Shown here: positions 1 through 9,086 of the stretch, in pieces
Position numbering within the stretch: position 1 is the first letter of the stretch
How the letters are laid out: each line of letters starts with the position of its first letter
Origin: Infirmifilum sp.
Lineage (GTDB): Archaea; Thermoproteota; Thermoprotei; Thermofilales; Thermofilaceae
Assembly: GCA_041287245.1 (NCBI GenBank)
Contig: JBEULP010000117.1
Coordinates: forward strand, 1 to 64,000
Direction: 5' to 3'
Length of the DNA: 64,000 nucleotides
The notes under the pieces: generated by a model
What the model was told of the DNA's origin: nothing
The model's database searches: none
Seen by the model: the letters and a program-made list of their open reading frames with translations, nothing else
Made by a program: the position numbers and the translations under genes

Positions 1-642
1 TTGACTAGGGTTGAGGACATCTCTCCCGAGGCTCTCGGGACTGCTAGGCTTGTAGAGGAGAGGAAGGTTGCCGACGAGAAGATGGTGTTCGTAGAAGGAT
101 GCCCCAACCCGAAGAGCGTAACAATACTCGTACGAGGCGGAGCCGAACACATCGTCGACGAGGCAGAGCGGGCCATTCACGACGCTCTCAGCGTTGTCAG
201 AAACGTAATTGAGGAGCCTAAGATCGTCGCAGGTGGTGGAGCTGTAGAGATAGAGCTTGCCATGAGGCTTAGAGAGTTTGCAAAAACTCTTCCAAGTAAG
301 GAGCAGCTCGCAGTGGAAAAGTATGCTGAAGCGCTAGAAAACCTGGTTGCGATTCTAGCGCAAAACTCTGGAGTAGAGCCTATAGACATACTTGCCGAGC
401 TGAAGCGCTTACACGCTAAAGGTGAGAAGTGGGCTGGAATTAACGCCTACACCGGCAAGGTAGAAAACATGTACCAGGCTGGAATACTCGAGCCTGCAGT
501 TGTCAAGAAGCAAGTCCTGAAATCAGCTACCGAGGCTGCCATGATGATACTCAGGATAGACGACATCATTGCGGCACAGCCACCAAAAGGCAAAGAGAAG
601 GAGAAGGAGAAAGGGCCTTCAGGTGAATTTGGAGCCGAGTAA
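1..642 (+). CDS. ths: Thermosome (group II chaperonin) subunit, C-terminal part (5'-truncated)
   Basis: Motifs EAERAIHDAL, IVAGGGAVE, ILEPAVVK, MILRIDDII. Confidence 0.97.
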   Translation: MTRVEDISPEALGTARLVEERKVADEKMVFVEGCPNPKSVTILVRGGAEHIVDEAERAIHDALSVVRNVIEEPKIVAGGGAVEIELAMRLREFAKTLPSKEQLAVEKYAEALENLVAILAQNSGVEPIDILAELKRLHAKGEKWAGINAYTGKVENMYQAGILEPAVVKKQVLKSATEAAMMILRIDDIIAAQPPKGKEKEKEKGPSGEFGAE

Positions 643-695
643 GGGACAAAAATTCTAAAAACATTTAAATATTGTTTTTCTTGTCTAATTCGTTT

Positions 696-992
696 ATGTC
701 TGAAGGTAATATTTCATCTGGCAGTATTAAAAAGTCTGGATTTCAGGTAATTATAGGCCCACCTTGGCTCACAAGGTTCGAAAAAGCTCGAATTATAGGA
801 ATAAGAGCTCTACAAATATCCTTCGGCGCACCCGTTCTCATACCTTTGGAGGAGTCTGAGAAGCTAGACGCGATTAGGATAGCCGAAAAAGAGCTGGAGA
901 CAGGGGCTCTACCGATTATAATAGTGCGTTGGACTCCTGAGGGCAGGTATCAAGATATCCCTCTTAGGTATCTAAAATTAGCCCCGCCTTAG
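696..992 (+). CDS. rpoK: RNA polymerase subunit Rpo6 (K/omega)
   Basis: LTRFEKARIIGIRALQIS...GAPVL...ELETGALPIIIVR; ATG at 696 preferred to TTG at 672. Confidence 0.93.
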   Translation: MSEGNISSGSIKKSGFQVIIGPPWLTRFEKARIIGIRALQISFGAPVLIPLEESEKLDAIRIAEKELETGALPIIIVRWTPEGRYQDIPLRYLKLAPP

Positions 993-1336
993 CCTTCTCG
1001 TTTTAACTCAACTTTTTCATTTGATATTGTTACCTCAAAGAAATCACCGATACTTGGTTTGGTCAGAAACTTCTCCCACTCATCCTCCGTTAGCACAAGG
1101 GTCACCCTAGGAACACGCACTATCCCTGGAGAGGCACCAGGAAACATTCTCATAATCTGGGAAACAATAGGTGCGATCTCGCGGCTAATCTCACTATCAG
1201 AGGATCGGATAAACATAGGCTCCGGTATCTCCCTCTCCTCTGTAAGCTCCAGCTTAACCATTCTCTCCCCGAAAGGAGCATCAAACAGAGAAATGTTCGA
1301 AACTTTCGCCTTGAATCTTATACTTGTAGTAGACAT
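989..1336 (-). CDS. Arcadin-1-like protein
   Basis: 115 aa from ATG 1336; pattern VKLELTEEREIP...REIAPIVSQIMRMFP...VPRVTLVLTEDEWE...IGD.FEVTI matches my recollection of Pyrobaculum arcadin-1. Confidence 0.75.
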   Translation of the reverse strand: MSTTSIRFKAKVSNISLFDAPFGERMVKLELTEEREIPEPMFIRSSDSEISREIAPIVSQIMRMFPGASPGIVRVPRVTLVLTEDEWEKFLTKPSIGDFFEVTISNEKVELKREG

Positions 1337-1471
1337 ACGACCAGATACACCCTTCGCAAGACTCAAAATAAACGTCACAGCATTAAGGCTTTCGCCTCGA
1401 TGCAGCTCAGCCTAACCCCCCAGCATAAAAGTTTAAAACTATCCATCATAAGTGAGTTTAGTGAAGATTTA

Positions 1472-1574
1472 GGGCCCGTGGTCTAGTGGCTAGGATGCCG
1501 CCCTCACGAGGTAATTTGTCGAGGGGTTCGTCTGAGAACGGCGGTGGTCCCGGGTTCAAATCCCGGCGGGCCCA
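1472..1574 (+). tRNA. tRNA-Val(CAC) with 30-nt canonical intron (37/38; 1509-1538)
   Basis: Acceptor GGGCCCG/CGGGCCC-A; T-loop TTCAAAT; anticodon stem CCGCC/GGCGG; BHB helix CTCA/TGAG with 3-nt bulges. Confidence 0.93.
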
Positions 1575-1759
1575 TCCCTTTATCTGTTCCCGCCTAAAGG
1601 CTTACTTTTCAAAAGGTACTGTTTTCATAGGACGCCGCATAAGTATTCTAAGCAGCTCATAATCTCTTTTAGGCTTTCAGTGTTTATTAATTTCTTGAGA
1701 AGATCCCAAAGGATTATATCTTTAAACCTAATAAAAATAGAATAGTAAGGGGATGAAGG

Positions 1760-2149
1760 TTGAGATTACTTGAAAAACTCGAAGAACTAGTCTCAAAAAA
1801 TCAACTAGCGATGATCCTGAGTATGGCGAGAAACGAGAAAGAACTTTGCAAGATACTGGCAAGTTACCTCGACGCGAGCTACTCTGTGGTAATCAAAGGA
1901 GTTGAGGCGGACATCACGGCAGACGACGAAGCAGTAGAGGTCAAGCTTTACCCCGCTAGGTTCTACGAGGGGTTTGGCCAAGCCTTGGCTCTCAAGTATG
2001 TTGCTGAAGTAGGGAAGGTTGCCGTTATACACTTCGTCAAGTCGATACCGGGAGAGTATCTTAACGCGCTAAAAAGACTTTGTGAATCTACAGGGATTGC
2101 CGCCGCAGTTTATTCAGAGGTGAGTGGGCTCCATGTTGTCAAGCCCTAA
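1760..2149 (+). CDS. Small PD-(D/E)xK nuclease-fold-like hypothetical protein
   Basis: EADI...AVEVK...FYEGFGQAL pattern (D...ExK plus GQ helix); purine-rich SD upstream; overlaps next gene. Confidence 0.55.
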   Translation: MRLLEKLEELVSKNQLAMILSMARNEKELCKILASYLDASYSVVIKGVEADITADDEAVEVKLYPARFYEGFGQALALKYVAEVGKVAVIHFVKSIPGEYLNALKRLCESTGIAAAVYSEVSGLHVVKP

Positions 2150-3023
2150 AACGGTTTCCTTTATCTCGGCCTCGGGAGGTGTGGGCAAGACAACGCTCTC
2201 AATATTCCTTGCAAAGTGGCTTCTCGAGGGTAGTGAGGGTAGGCGCGTAGCGCCTACGAGATTGCTCTTAGTCGACCTGGATCCAACTGCCGGGCTTAGC
2301 CTTTCGCTTATGAGGGAAGAGGAGTACCAGAGGCACGTTGACGAGGGAAAAACTCTTGTTGGTCTCTACCAGAAGCGTTCTAGAGGAGTCCAGGTGAACA
2401 TTGAGGAGTATGTGGTTCCAGTTAACCACGAGGGTCATCTCCTGAACATCATTATTCCAGGAGAGGAGCTGGACTTGATGGTGGATGAGCTTTGGAGGCC
2501 CGGTAATCCCGGCCAGCGTTTCAGGAAGATGCTCGAGAGAAGTGGACTTTACACCCGCTACGAGTATGTTATCTTCGACAGCGCGCCGTTCTTCGATATG
2601 CGCTATACAGTCTTGAGTCTCTACGCATCAGGCAAGTATGTTGTAGTGCTGAGACCCTCACTGGTAGATTTTCGAAGAACGATCAAGATGCTTAGGCGGC
2701 TCATAGGCTATGCGGATGATTTCAACTTGAGTACTGTAGAATTCCTAGGGAGGTTCTTGGGGGTGTTCAACCTTGCCCACTCTAAGACGAAGGAGAGTGA
2801 TGCTTTATTAGATCTCGGTTTCCACGGTACAGCCAGGGGGAGGTCCAACGAGGATGAGTATATGAAGGCTATCCAGGGGTACGTTGAGGAGTTGAAAAAG
2901 CTTATCTCGGTTTCTCAATTCATAATACCCGTTAAAGCAGAGATAGCCAGGCTGAATATGAAGGATGCGAGGAAAGATCTGCAAGGTCCTCTGAACGATC
3001 TTATCACCCACCTTGGAACGTGA
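2133..3023 (+). CDS. ParA/MinD-family ATPase
   Basis: SASGGVGKTT, LLVDLDP, YVIFDSAP; SD GAGGTGA before ATG 2133. Confidence 0.88.
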   Translation: MLSSPKTVSFISASGGVGKTTLSIFLAKWLLEGSEGRRVAPTRLLLVDLDPTAGLSLSLMREEEYQRHVDEGKTLVGLYQKRSRGVQVNIEEYVVPVNHEGHLLNIIIPGEELDLMVDELWRPGNPGQRFRKMLERSGLYTRYEYVIFDSAPFFDMRYTVLSLYASGKYVVVLRPSLVDFRRTIKMLRRLIGYADDFNLSTVEFLGRFLGVFNLAHSKTKESDALLDLGFHGTARGRSNEDEYMKAIQGYVEELKKLISVSQFIIPVKAEIARLNMKDARKDLQGPLNDLITHLGT

Positions 3024-3324
3024 GTAGCCAAAGTAGCGCCCACACCATGCCTCCAAACTCACTAATATTTCTTAGCAGTGAACCTGCTCAGAAGCGAGGT
3101 CTGCGCACGATAAGTTATTATGCATGAAACTATACGCCGCAACCCTCTATAAGATGATTTAACCCCCACGGTGTGCAAGGATAAATGCGTATACTCCCAA
3201 TAGATGCATGTTTGGAGCTATCTAGTATGCAAAAATGACGAGATTTTTCAAGGGGGGATCGGAGGTTCTCCTTTTTAGCTCTCAGCAAACGCCTGTTGCT
3301 GATGAGATTCTAATGAGGAGGTAG

Positions 3325-3424
3325 AGCCCCGGCCGGGATTTGAACCCGGGACCTTCGGCTTTCTCGAAGCCCCTTATAGGAAACCTTACAAGGCCGACGC
3401 TCCACCAGTCTGAGCTACCGGGGC
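3325..3424 (-). tRNA. tRNA-Thr(TGT) with 26-nt canonical intron (37/38; 3361-3386)
   Basis: Reverse complement GCCCCGG...TCGGC CT TGT A|intron|A GCCGA...TTCAAAT...CCGGGGC-T; BHB helix CTTG/CGAG. Confidence 0.93.
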
Positions 3425-3574
3425 TACACGTGTTAAGTATTTTTTTCCAGGTGTTTTTTAAGTTTTTCTAATGTGGTTGACTTCCTCCCCGCACGCGACG
3501 TAATATGGGTGAGCTTCAAGGACTCCAAGCTGGGAGTACATACTGTTTTAATCTGTGTTAAGTGTATAACTTAT

Positions 3575-3633
3575 TTGATGATGAGTGACTTGCCAGCTGA
3601 GCATGCGATGAGGAGCGGCACATTATCTGAAAC
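3575..3633 (+). ncRNA. Box C/D 2'-O-methylation guide sRNA
   Basis: C ATGATGA 3578-3584, 12-nt guide, D' CTGA 3597-3600, C' ATGAGGA 3608-3614, 12-nt guide, D CTGA 3627-3630. Confidence 0.85.
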
Positions 3634-3674
3634 CATCTCATTCTATGAATTACACGCACGCCTCGAAAACAAAA

Positions 3675-3776
3675 CGGGCCGGCCGGGATTTGAACCCGGG
3701 ACCTACGGGTTAAAAGCGTCGACACGCCTAGCAGGACTAGGCTAACCGTCGCTCTTCCTAGCTGAGCTACCGGCCC
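3675..3776 (-). tRNA. tRNA-Lys(TTT) with 28-nt non-canonical intron (30/31; 3718-3745)
   Basis: Removing the intron restores ACGGG CT TTT AA CCCGT; BHB helix CGAC/GTCG with bulges GG|T and AC|G. Confidence 0.92.
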
Positions 3777-3821
3777 TGCCCGCGTTTTTATGGAATGCAA
3801 CTTGTATTATTAATTTTTCTC

Positions 3822-5333
3822 TTATAAATACAAGTGTTTTTGAAGGAATTCAAGGATTTGGCTGCGGGGGACTCTTTCTTGCTGCTTGGTGTCGCGGTAC
3901 CTTATGGTCACCGTCCCGTCCTTAAGTGTTTGCCCGTCAACAGTAATACAGAAGGGGACTCCTATTTCGTCCGCTTTCGCATATCTTTTACCGATGCTTG
4001 CATCTTCATCGTAGTATACTCGTAGATGTTCGCGTAGCTCTTCGTAGATCTCGCGTGCCACATTGTCAAGCCCATCTCGCTTTACTAGTGGGAATACAGC
4101 TGCCTTGTAAGGGGCGAACCTTGGTTTTAACCTGAGGTAAACTCGATTTTTCTCCTTAACATACGTCTCTGTAAGCAGAGCAAGAATTATTCTTTCAAGT
4201 CCGAAGGAGGGTTCTATGACATAAGGTAGGACTTTCTCATCATCATCTATAACATGCAGTGCCTCTCCGCTAAACTCCTGGTGTCTTCGTAAATCATAGT
4301 TGCTTCGGTTTGATATACCCTCGATCTCCTTCCATCCGAGATAGGGGAAGTAGTACTCTATATCGAAGGTCTGAACAGCATAGTGCGCCAGCTCTGTTTT
4401 CACATGTTCACGAACCCTCAGCCTTTCCGGGGAGAGTCCGATGCGCCACAACCATTTCAGCGACTCTGCTATCCAGTAGGCATGCCACTTAGAGCCTATA
4501 AGGCCAGATTTAACTGCTTCTTCAATAGTTATCTTCCTAGCATTTTCAGCTCCGCGCTCCTGATCATCCTTAGGTAACAAGTATAGTTCCACGTTTCTTA
4601 CCTGGTCGTAGTAGGGGCAATCATCCAGCTTGTTAGGGTTGACGAAATACTCGATTTCCATTTGGATGAACTCGCGTAGCCTAAATAGGAAGTTTCTAGG
4701 CGATATCTCGTTTCTGAAAGCTTTCCCGTATTGGGCAATACCGAAGGGGAGGGTCGCCCCCATGCTAAACACTATGTTCTTGAAATTGGTGAAGATGAGC
4801 TGCGCTGTCTCCGGCCTTAAATAAACTGTGAAAGGAGGCTCCTTCTTTGGACCGAGGGTGGTGGCAAACATTAGGTTAAAGGTTCGGGGTTCTCCAAGCT
4901 CGCCTCCGCATGCCGGACATTTTACATTATGTTCCATTATAAGCTTTCTTAGCTTTTCAATGGAGTACTCAGTCACTTTTATTCCCTGCTCCTCTAACAG
5001 GTGGTCTGCACGATACTCAGCCCCGCACTTTTTACAGGTAACGATATAATCGATGAAGCTCTCAACATGTCCACTGGCCTCCCACACCTTAGGGTGTGTT
5101 ATAATGCTTCCATAGATACCGTACACGTCTTCACGTCTTTCTACGAAAAACCACCACCAGTCGTTGAGAATATTCCTCATGAGGTCTACTCCCAGTGGAC
5201 CATAATCGAAAAAACCACTAAGCCCCCCATATATCTTGCCAGTTGGATAGAAAAAACCTCGTCTAATACAGAGGTCCGTTATCTCGTCTAATGTGACCTG
5301 GCTTTGAGTGTTTTTTTCCTGACTGGTCAACAT
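3822..5333 (-). CDS. glyS: Glycyl-tRNA synthetase (alpha2 type)
   Basis: YGPLG, LRPETAQ, FRNEISPR, REFIQMEIE, IEPSFGLER, anticodon-binding domain SIGKRY. Confidence 0.98.
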   Translation of the reverse strand: MLTSQEKNTQSQVTLDEITDLCIRRGFFYPTGKIYGGLSGFFDYGPLGVDLMRNILNDWWWFFVERREDVYGIYGSIITHPKVWEASGHVESFIDYIVTCKKCGAEYRADHLLEEQGIKVTEYSIEKLRKLIMEHNVKCPACGGELGEPRTFNLMFATTLGPKKEPPFTVYLRPETAQLIFTNFKNIVFSMGATLPFGIAQYGKAFRNEISPRNFLFRLREFIQMEIEYFVNPNKLDDCPYYDQVRNVELYLLPKDDQERGAENARKITIEEAVKSGLIGSKWHAYWIAESLKWLWRIGLSPERLRVREHVKTELAHYAVQTFDIEYYFPYLGWKEIEGISNRSNYDLRRHQEFSGEALHVIDDDEKVLPYVIEPSFGLERIILALLTETYVKEKNRVYLRLKPRFAPYKAAVFPLVKRDGLDNVAREIYEELREHLRVYYDEDASIGKRYAKADEIGVPFCITVDGQTLKDGTVTIRYRDTKQQERVPRSQILEFLQKHLYL

Positions 5334-5413
5334 ATTCCCCGCTTAGCTCTAAAGAGACAGGTATTTAAGCTTGAATCTTCTACGCTTTAGAAAATTATAG
5401 AGTCGACCTAAGA

Positions 5414-5428
5414 CGAAACGTTTAAAAA
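5414..5428 (+). promoter_or_regulatory. BRE/TATA promoter of the RNA polymerase operon
   Basis: CGAAACG-TTTAAAAA about 50 nt upstream of rpoH ATG; SD GAGGT follows. Confidence 0.55.
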
Positions 5429-5471
5429 CATGGATTTTCACGCTATCAACTAGTCTAAAGTGAGGTTGATT

Positions 5472-5714
5472 ATGCCTCGTAAATTTAATGTTCTAGAACA
5501 TGAGCTCGTACCGCAACATGTAGTACTTTCACGTGATGAGGCTACGAGGCTGCTAAAGCTAGTCGGCCTAAAAAAGACAGAACTGCCTTGGCTCTTCTCT
5601 ACAGATCCCGTCGCCAAGGCCCTTCACGCTAAGCCTGGAGATGTTATAATGGTTATCAGGAAAAGCCCCACAGCCGGGGAGTCTGTGGCTTTCCGGCTTG
5701 TAGTTCCAGGGTGA
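5472..5714 (+). CDS. rpoH: RNA polymerase subunit Rpo5 (H)
   Basis: HELVPQH, LPW...DPVAK, RKSPTAG. Confidence 0.97.
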   Translation: MPRKFNVLEHELVPQHVVLSRDEATRLLKLVGLKKTELPWLFSTDPVAKALHAKPGDVIMVIRKSPTAGESVAFRLVVPG

Positions 5715-5719
5715 TCTTC

Positions 5720-8700
5720 ATGGAGCAAAACATGTTATCTATGGAGGATCGTTGGGAGGTTGTAAAGGCCTACGTTAGAGAGCTAGGTCTCGTTAGACAG
5801 CACCTGGACTCTTTTAACATCTTTCTAGAAAAAGGTTTGCAGGAGATTATCGACGAAATAGGCGGCATAAAACTCGAGGCTCATGGTGTAGAAGTAAGAT
5901 TTGGAAAGGTGGAAGTCGGCGAGCCTGTATTCAAGGAGGCTGACGGGTCTGAAATAACCCTGACACCTATGATAGCACGGCTCCGGAACATAACCTATGC
6001 TGCTCCGGTTTACCTAAACATGACACTTTACGTCGACGGTGAGGAAAGGAGAACTGAAAAGGTTTTCATCGGGATGCTCCCCATAATGGTGAAGAGTAAA
6101 AAGTGTATTTTATCCCGTATATCTTCCCCGGAGGGAATTTCTCGTTTAGGCGAAGATCCAAACGACCCTGGTGGTTATTTCATAATCAATGGTTCTGAAA
6201 GAGTTATTGTAATGCAAGAAGACTTGTCTGTTAACAGGGTTCTAGTTGATTATGGAGGCGCTGGTACCTCTGTAACGCATACAGCTAAGGTCTTCTCCGT
6301 AGCAGCTGGTTATAAGGTTCCTGTAAGTGTTGAGAGGACCAAGGATGGAATGCTCTACGTTAGTTTCCCACACATCCCGCAGAGGGTGCCGGTCGTGGTT
6401 ATTCTAAGAGCACTAGGGCTTCAAAAAGATAAGGACATAGTTTACGCCGTCAGCAATGATAGGGACATTCAGCAAGAGTTCCTTCCTGTTCTTCTAGAGC
6501 AGTCTAAAATCGCTCCTACTGTTGAAGATGCCTTAGACTATATCGGTTCAAGGGTTGCCACTGGGCAGCCGCGCAATGTAAGGATCGAGAGGGCAGAGCA
6601 GGTTCTAGATGAGAACTTCCTACCGCATGTGGGCCGGACTAGGTCTGCCCGGATAGCAAAAGCATATTTTGTGGGGCAGATGGTTGCAAGGCTACTGGAG
6701 TTAAAGCTTGGTCTTCGCGGGCCTGATGATAAGGATCACCTTGCTAACAAACGTGTGAGGCATGCTGGCGAGCTTATTGGACAGGTTTTCCGCGCCGCTT
6801 TCAAACAGCTTGTACGCGAAATGACATACTCTCTCGAGAGACACATGACGAAAGGTCGAGACATCAACCTTGTAAGCATTGTTAGGCCCGATATAATAAC
6901 AGATAAGCTGAGACATGCACTCGCAACTGGGAACTGGGTGGGCGGCAGGACAGGCGTGAGTCAGATCCTTGACAGGACAAACTACCTGTCCACGCTGTCT
7001 CATCTTCGAAGGGTGGTGTCGCCTCTTTCAAGGACTCAGCCGCACTTCGAGGCGCGTGAGCTACATGCTACTCAGTGGGGGAGGCTGTGTCCTGTTGAGA
7101 GCCCTGAGGGGCAGAATTGTGGGCTTGTAAAGAATCTAGCTTTGCTAGCCACGTTGTCAAATGGATATGATGAGAAGGAAATTTACGAGCTACTTGTTTC
7201 GCGTTTGAGCGTTGTCCCTCTTGAGAAGACCGTTGGAATCGACATAGCGGGGGCTCGTGTTTATCTCAATGGTCGGCTCATTGGCTATGTTGACGATGGA
7301 GACGCGCTCGTGTCTACGATACGGAATCTAAGGCGCCAGGGAAGGATCAGCCACGAGGTTAATGTCGCCATCTATAAACAAGGTCGTATCCAGGAGGTCT
7401 ACGTTAATTGTGATGCGGGGAGGATACGTAGGCCATTATTAATAGTCGAGGATGGATACCTGAAGCTCAAACCAGCACACATCAAAATGCTTCGGGAGGG
7501 AACCTGGACCTGGAGTGATTTGATTCAGAACGGCATAATAGAGTACTTGGATGCAGAAGAAGAGGAAAACGCGTTTATCGCTGACTCACCGAATAAGCTG
7601 ACCTCGAAGCACACTCACCTTGAGATTGTGCCTGCATCTATTTTAGGTGTGATTGCCTTAACGATACCATTCATTGAGTACAACCAGTCTCCTAGAAACT
7701 CCTACCAGGCTGCTATGGCAAAGCAGTCACTAGGGATACCCGCGCATAACTTTAGGCTGAGGATGGATCCTAGAATGCATATAATGTATTACCCGCAAAA
7801 GCCCTTAGTTAAAACCAGGATTTTTGACCTTCTACCTATAGACTCACTACCTTATGGCACTAACATGGTTGTTGCCGTGTTAACAGGTGCCGGCTACAAT
7901 ATCCAGGATGCAGTCATAATAAACAAGGCTTCTGTTGAGCGCGGGATGTCCCGTTCAGTCTTTATCCGTACTTATGAAGCAGAAGAGAGGAGATATCCGG
8001 GAGGGTTGGAGGATAAGTTTGAAAAACCCAAGCTGGAAGAAGAGCTTCTCGATCTGAAGCCTCTGGAGGCTTACGATTCCTTAGATGAGGTTGATGGAAT
8101 AGCACATGTGGAGAGCGAGTTGAAGGGAGGCCAAGTCGTCATTGGACGAACGAGCCCGCCCAGGTTCTATACTGGAACCTATGAGCCTAGAATAATCTCA
8201 AGGAGAAAAGATACTTCAATCACCCTTCGACACGGCGAACGAGGAATAGTGGATAAAGTAGTTATAGTTGAGAGCCCCGAGGGAGTGAAGCTTGTTAAGG
8301 TTAGAGTACGTGATCTCCGACCAACAGAGGTTGGTGACAAGTTTGCGTCGCGACACGGGCAGAAAGGAGTTGTGGGGCTCCTAGTACCACAGGAAGACAT
8401 GCCGTTCACAGAAGAGGGTATCACGCCAGATTTGCTAATTAATCCTCACGCTATCCCTTCAAGGATGACTGTTGGGCAACTACTTGAAGCTATAACAGGG
8501 AAGGCGGCAGCTCTCTCTGGTAAGCGCATAGACGCCACTGCCTTTGAAGCACCAAGTCTCGAAGATATCCGAGAAATTCTCAAGAGTTATGGCTTCAGAA
8601 GCGATGGTAAAGAGGTTCTATATAATGGTTTAACAGGTGAGAAGTTAGAGGCTGAGATTTTTGTTGGAATAGTATACTATGAGAAGCTACACCACCTTGT

Positions 8701-9079
8701 AGCAGATAAAATGCATGCCAGAGCCCGTGGTAGGATACAGATTCTAACTAGACAGCCAACCGAGGGCAGGGCTCGCGAGGGAGGGCTCAGGTTCGGGGAA
8801 ATGGAGAAAGACTGTCTTGTCGGACACGGTGCTGCCTTGCTACTACGCGAGAGGCTGCTTGAAAGTTCAGATAGGACTACGATTTGGGTATGTGAGAACT
8901 GCGGGTTTACAGGCTGGTTTGACGCAAAGAAGAACGCCCCTGTCTGCCCTATATGCGGCGAGGAGAAAGGGAAGCTGCATCCGGTAGAGGTATCATATGC
9001 TTTCAAACTGTTGCTACAGGAGCTCATCGGTCTAGGTATCTCTGTAAGGCTTCTCTTAAAGGATAAGATTTCCATATGA
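5720..9079 (+). CDS. rpoB: RNA polymerase subunit Rpo2 (unsplit B)
   Basis: [33 protein letters not shown]-terminal Zn ribbon. Confidence 0.99.
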   Translation: MEQNMLSMEDRWEVVKAYVRELGLVRQHLDSFNIFLEKGLQEIIDEIGGIKLEAHGVEVRFGKVEVGEPVFKEADGSEITLTPMIARLRNITYAAPVYLNMTLYVDGEERRTEKVFIGMLPIMVKSKKCILSRISSPEGISRLGEDPNDPGGYFIINGSERVIVMQEDLSVNRVLVDYGGAGTSVTHTAKVFSVAAGYKVPVSVERTKDGMLYVSFPHIPQRVPVVVILRALGLQKDKDIVYAVSNDRDIQQEFLPVLLEQSKIAPTVEDALDYIGSRVATGQPRNVRIERAEQVLDENFLPHVGRTRSARIAKAYFVGQMVARLLELKLGLRGPDDKDHLANKRVRHAGELIGQVFRAAFKQLVREMTYSLERHMTKGRDINLVSIVRPDIITDKLRHALATGNWVGGRTGVSQILDRTNYLSTLSHLRRVVSPLSRTQPHFEARELHATQWGRLCPVESPEGQNCGLVKNLALLATLSNGYDEKEIYELLVSRLSVVPLEKTVGIDIAGARVYLNGRLIGYVDDGDALVSTIRNLRRQGRISHEVNVAIYKQGRIQEVYVNCDAGRIRRPLLIVEDGYLKLKPAHIKMLREGTWTWSDLIQNGIIEYLDAEEEENAFIADSPNKLTSKHTHLEIVPASILGVIALTIPFIEYNQSPRNSYQAAMAKQSLGIPAHNFRLRMDPRMHIMYYPQKPLVKTRIFDLLPIDSLPYGTNMVVAVLTGAGYNIQDAVIINKASVERGMSRSVFIRTYEAEERRYPGGLEDKFEKPKLEEELLDLKPLEAYDSLDEVDGIAHVESELKGGQVVIGRTSPPRFYTGTYEPRIISRRKDTSITLRHGERGIVDKVVIVESPEGVKLVKVRVRDLRPTEVGDKFASRHGQKGVVGLLVPQEDMPFTEEGITPDLLINPHAIPSRMTVGQLLEAITGKAAALSGKRIDATAFEAPSLEDIREILKSYGFRSDGKEVLYNGLTGEKLEAEIFVGIVYYEKLHHLVADKMHARARGRIQILTRQPTEGRAREGGLRFGEMEKDCLVGHGAALLLRERLLESSDRTTIWVCENCGFTGWFDAKKNAPVCPICGEEKGKLHPVEVSYAFKLLLQELIGLGISVRLLLKDKISI

Positions 9080-9086
9080 GGTGATT

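Noticed and set aside
1575..3324. Integrated provirus or plasmid with att sites
   Set aside because: No integrase, and no duplicated tRNA 3' end found by eye
3473..3800. ORF-track ORFs 3473-3745 (+) and 3558-3800 (-)
   Set aside because: They overlap tRNA-Lys and the C/D sRNA and show no protein motifs
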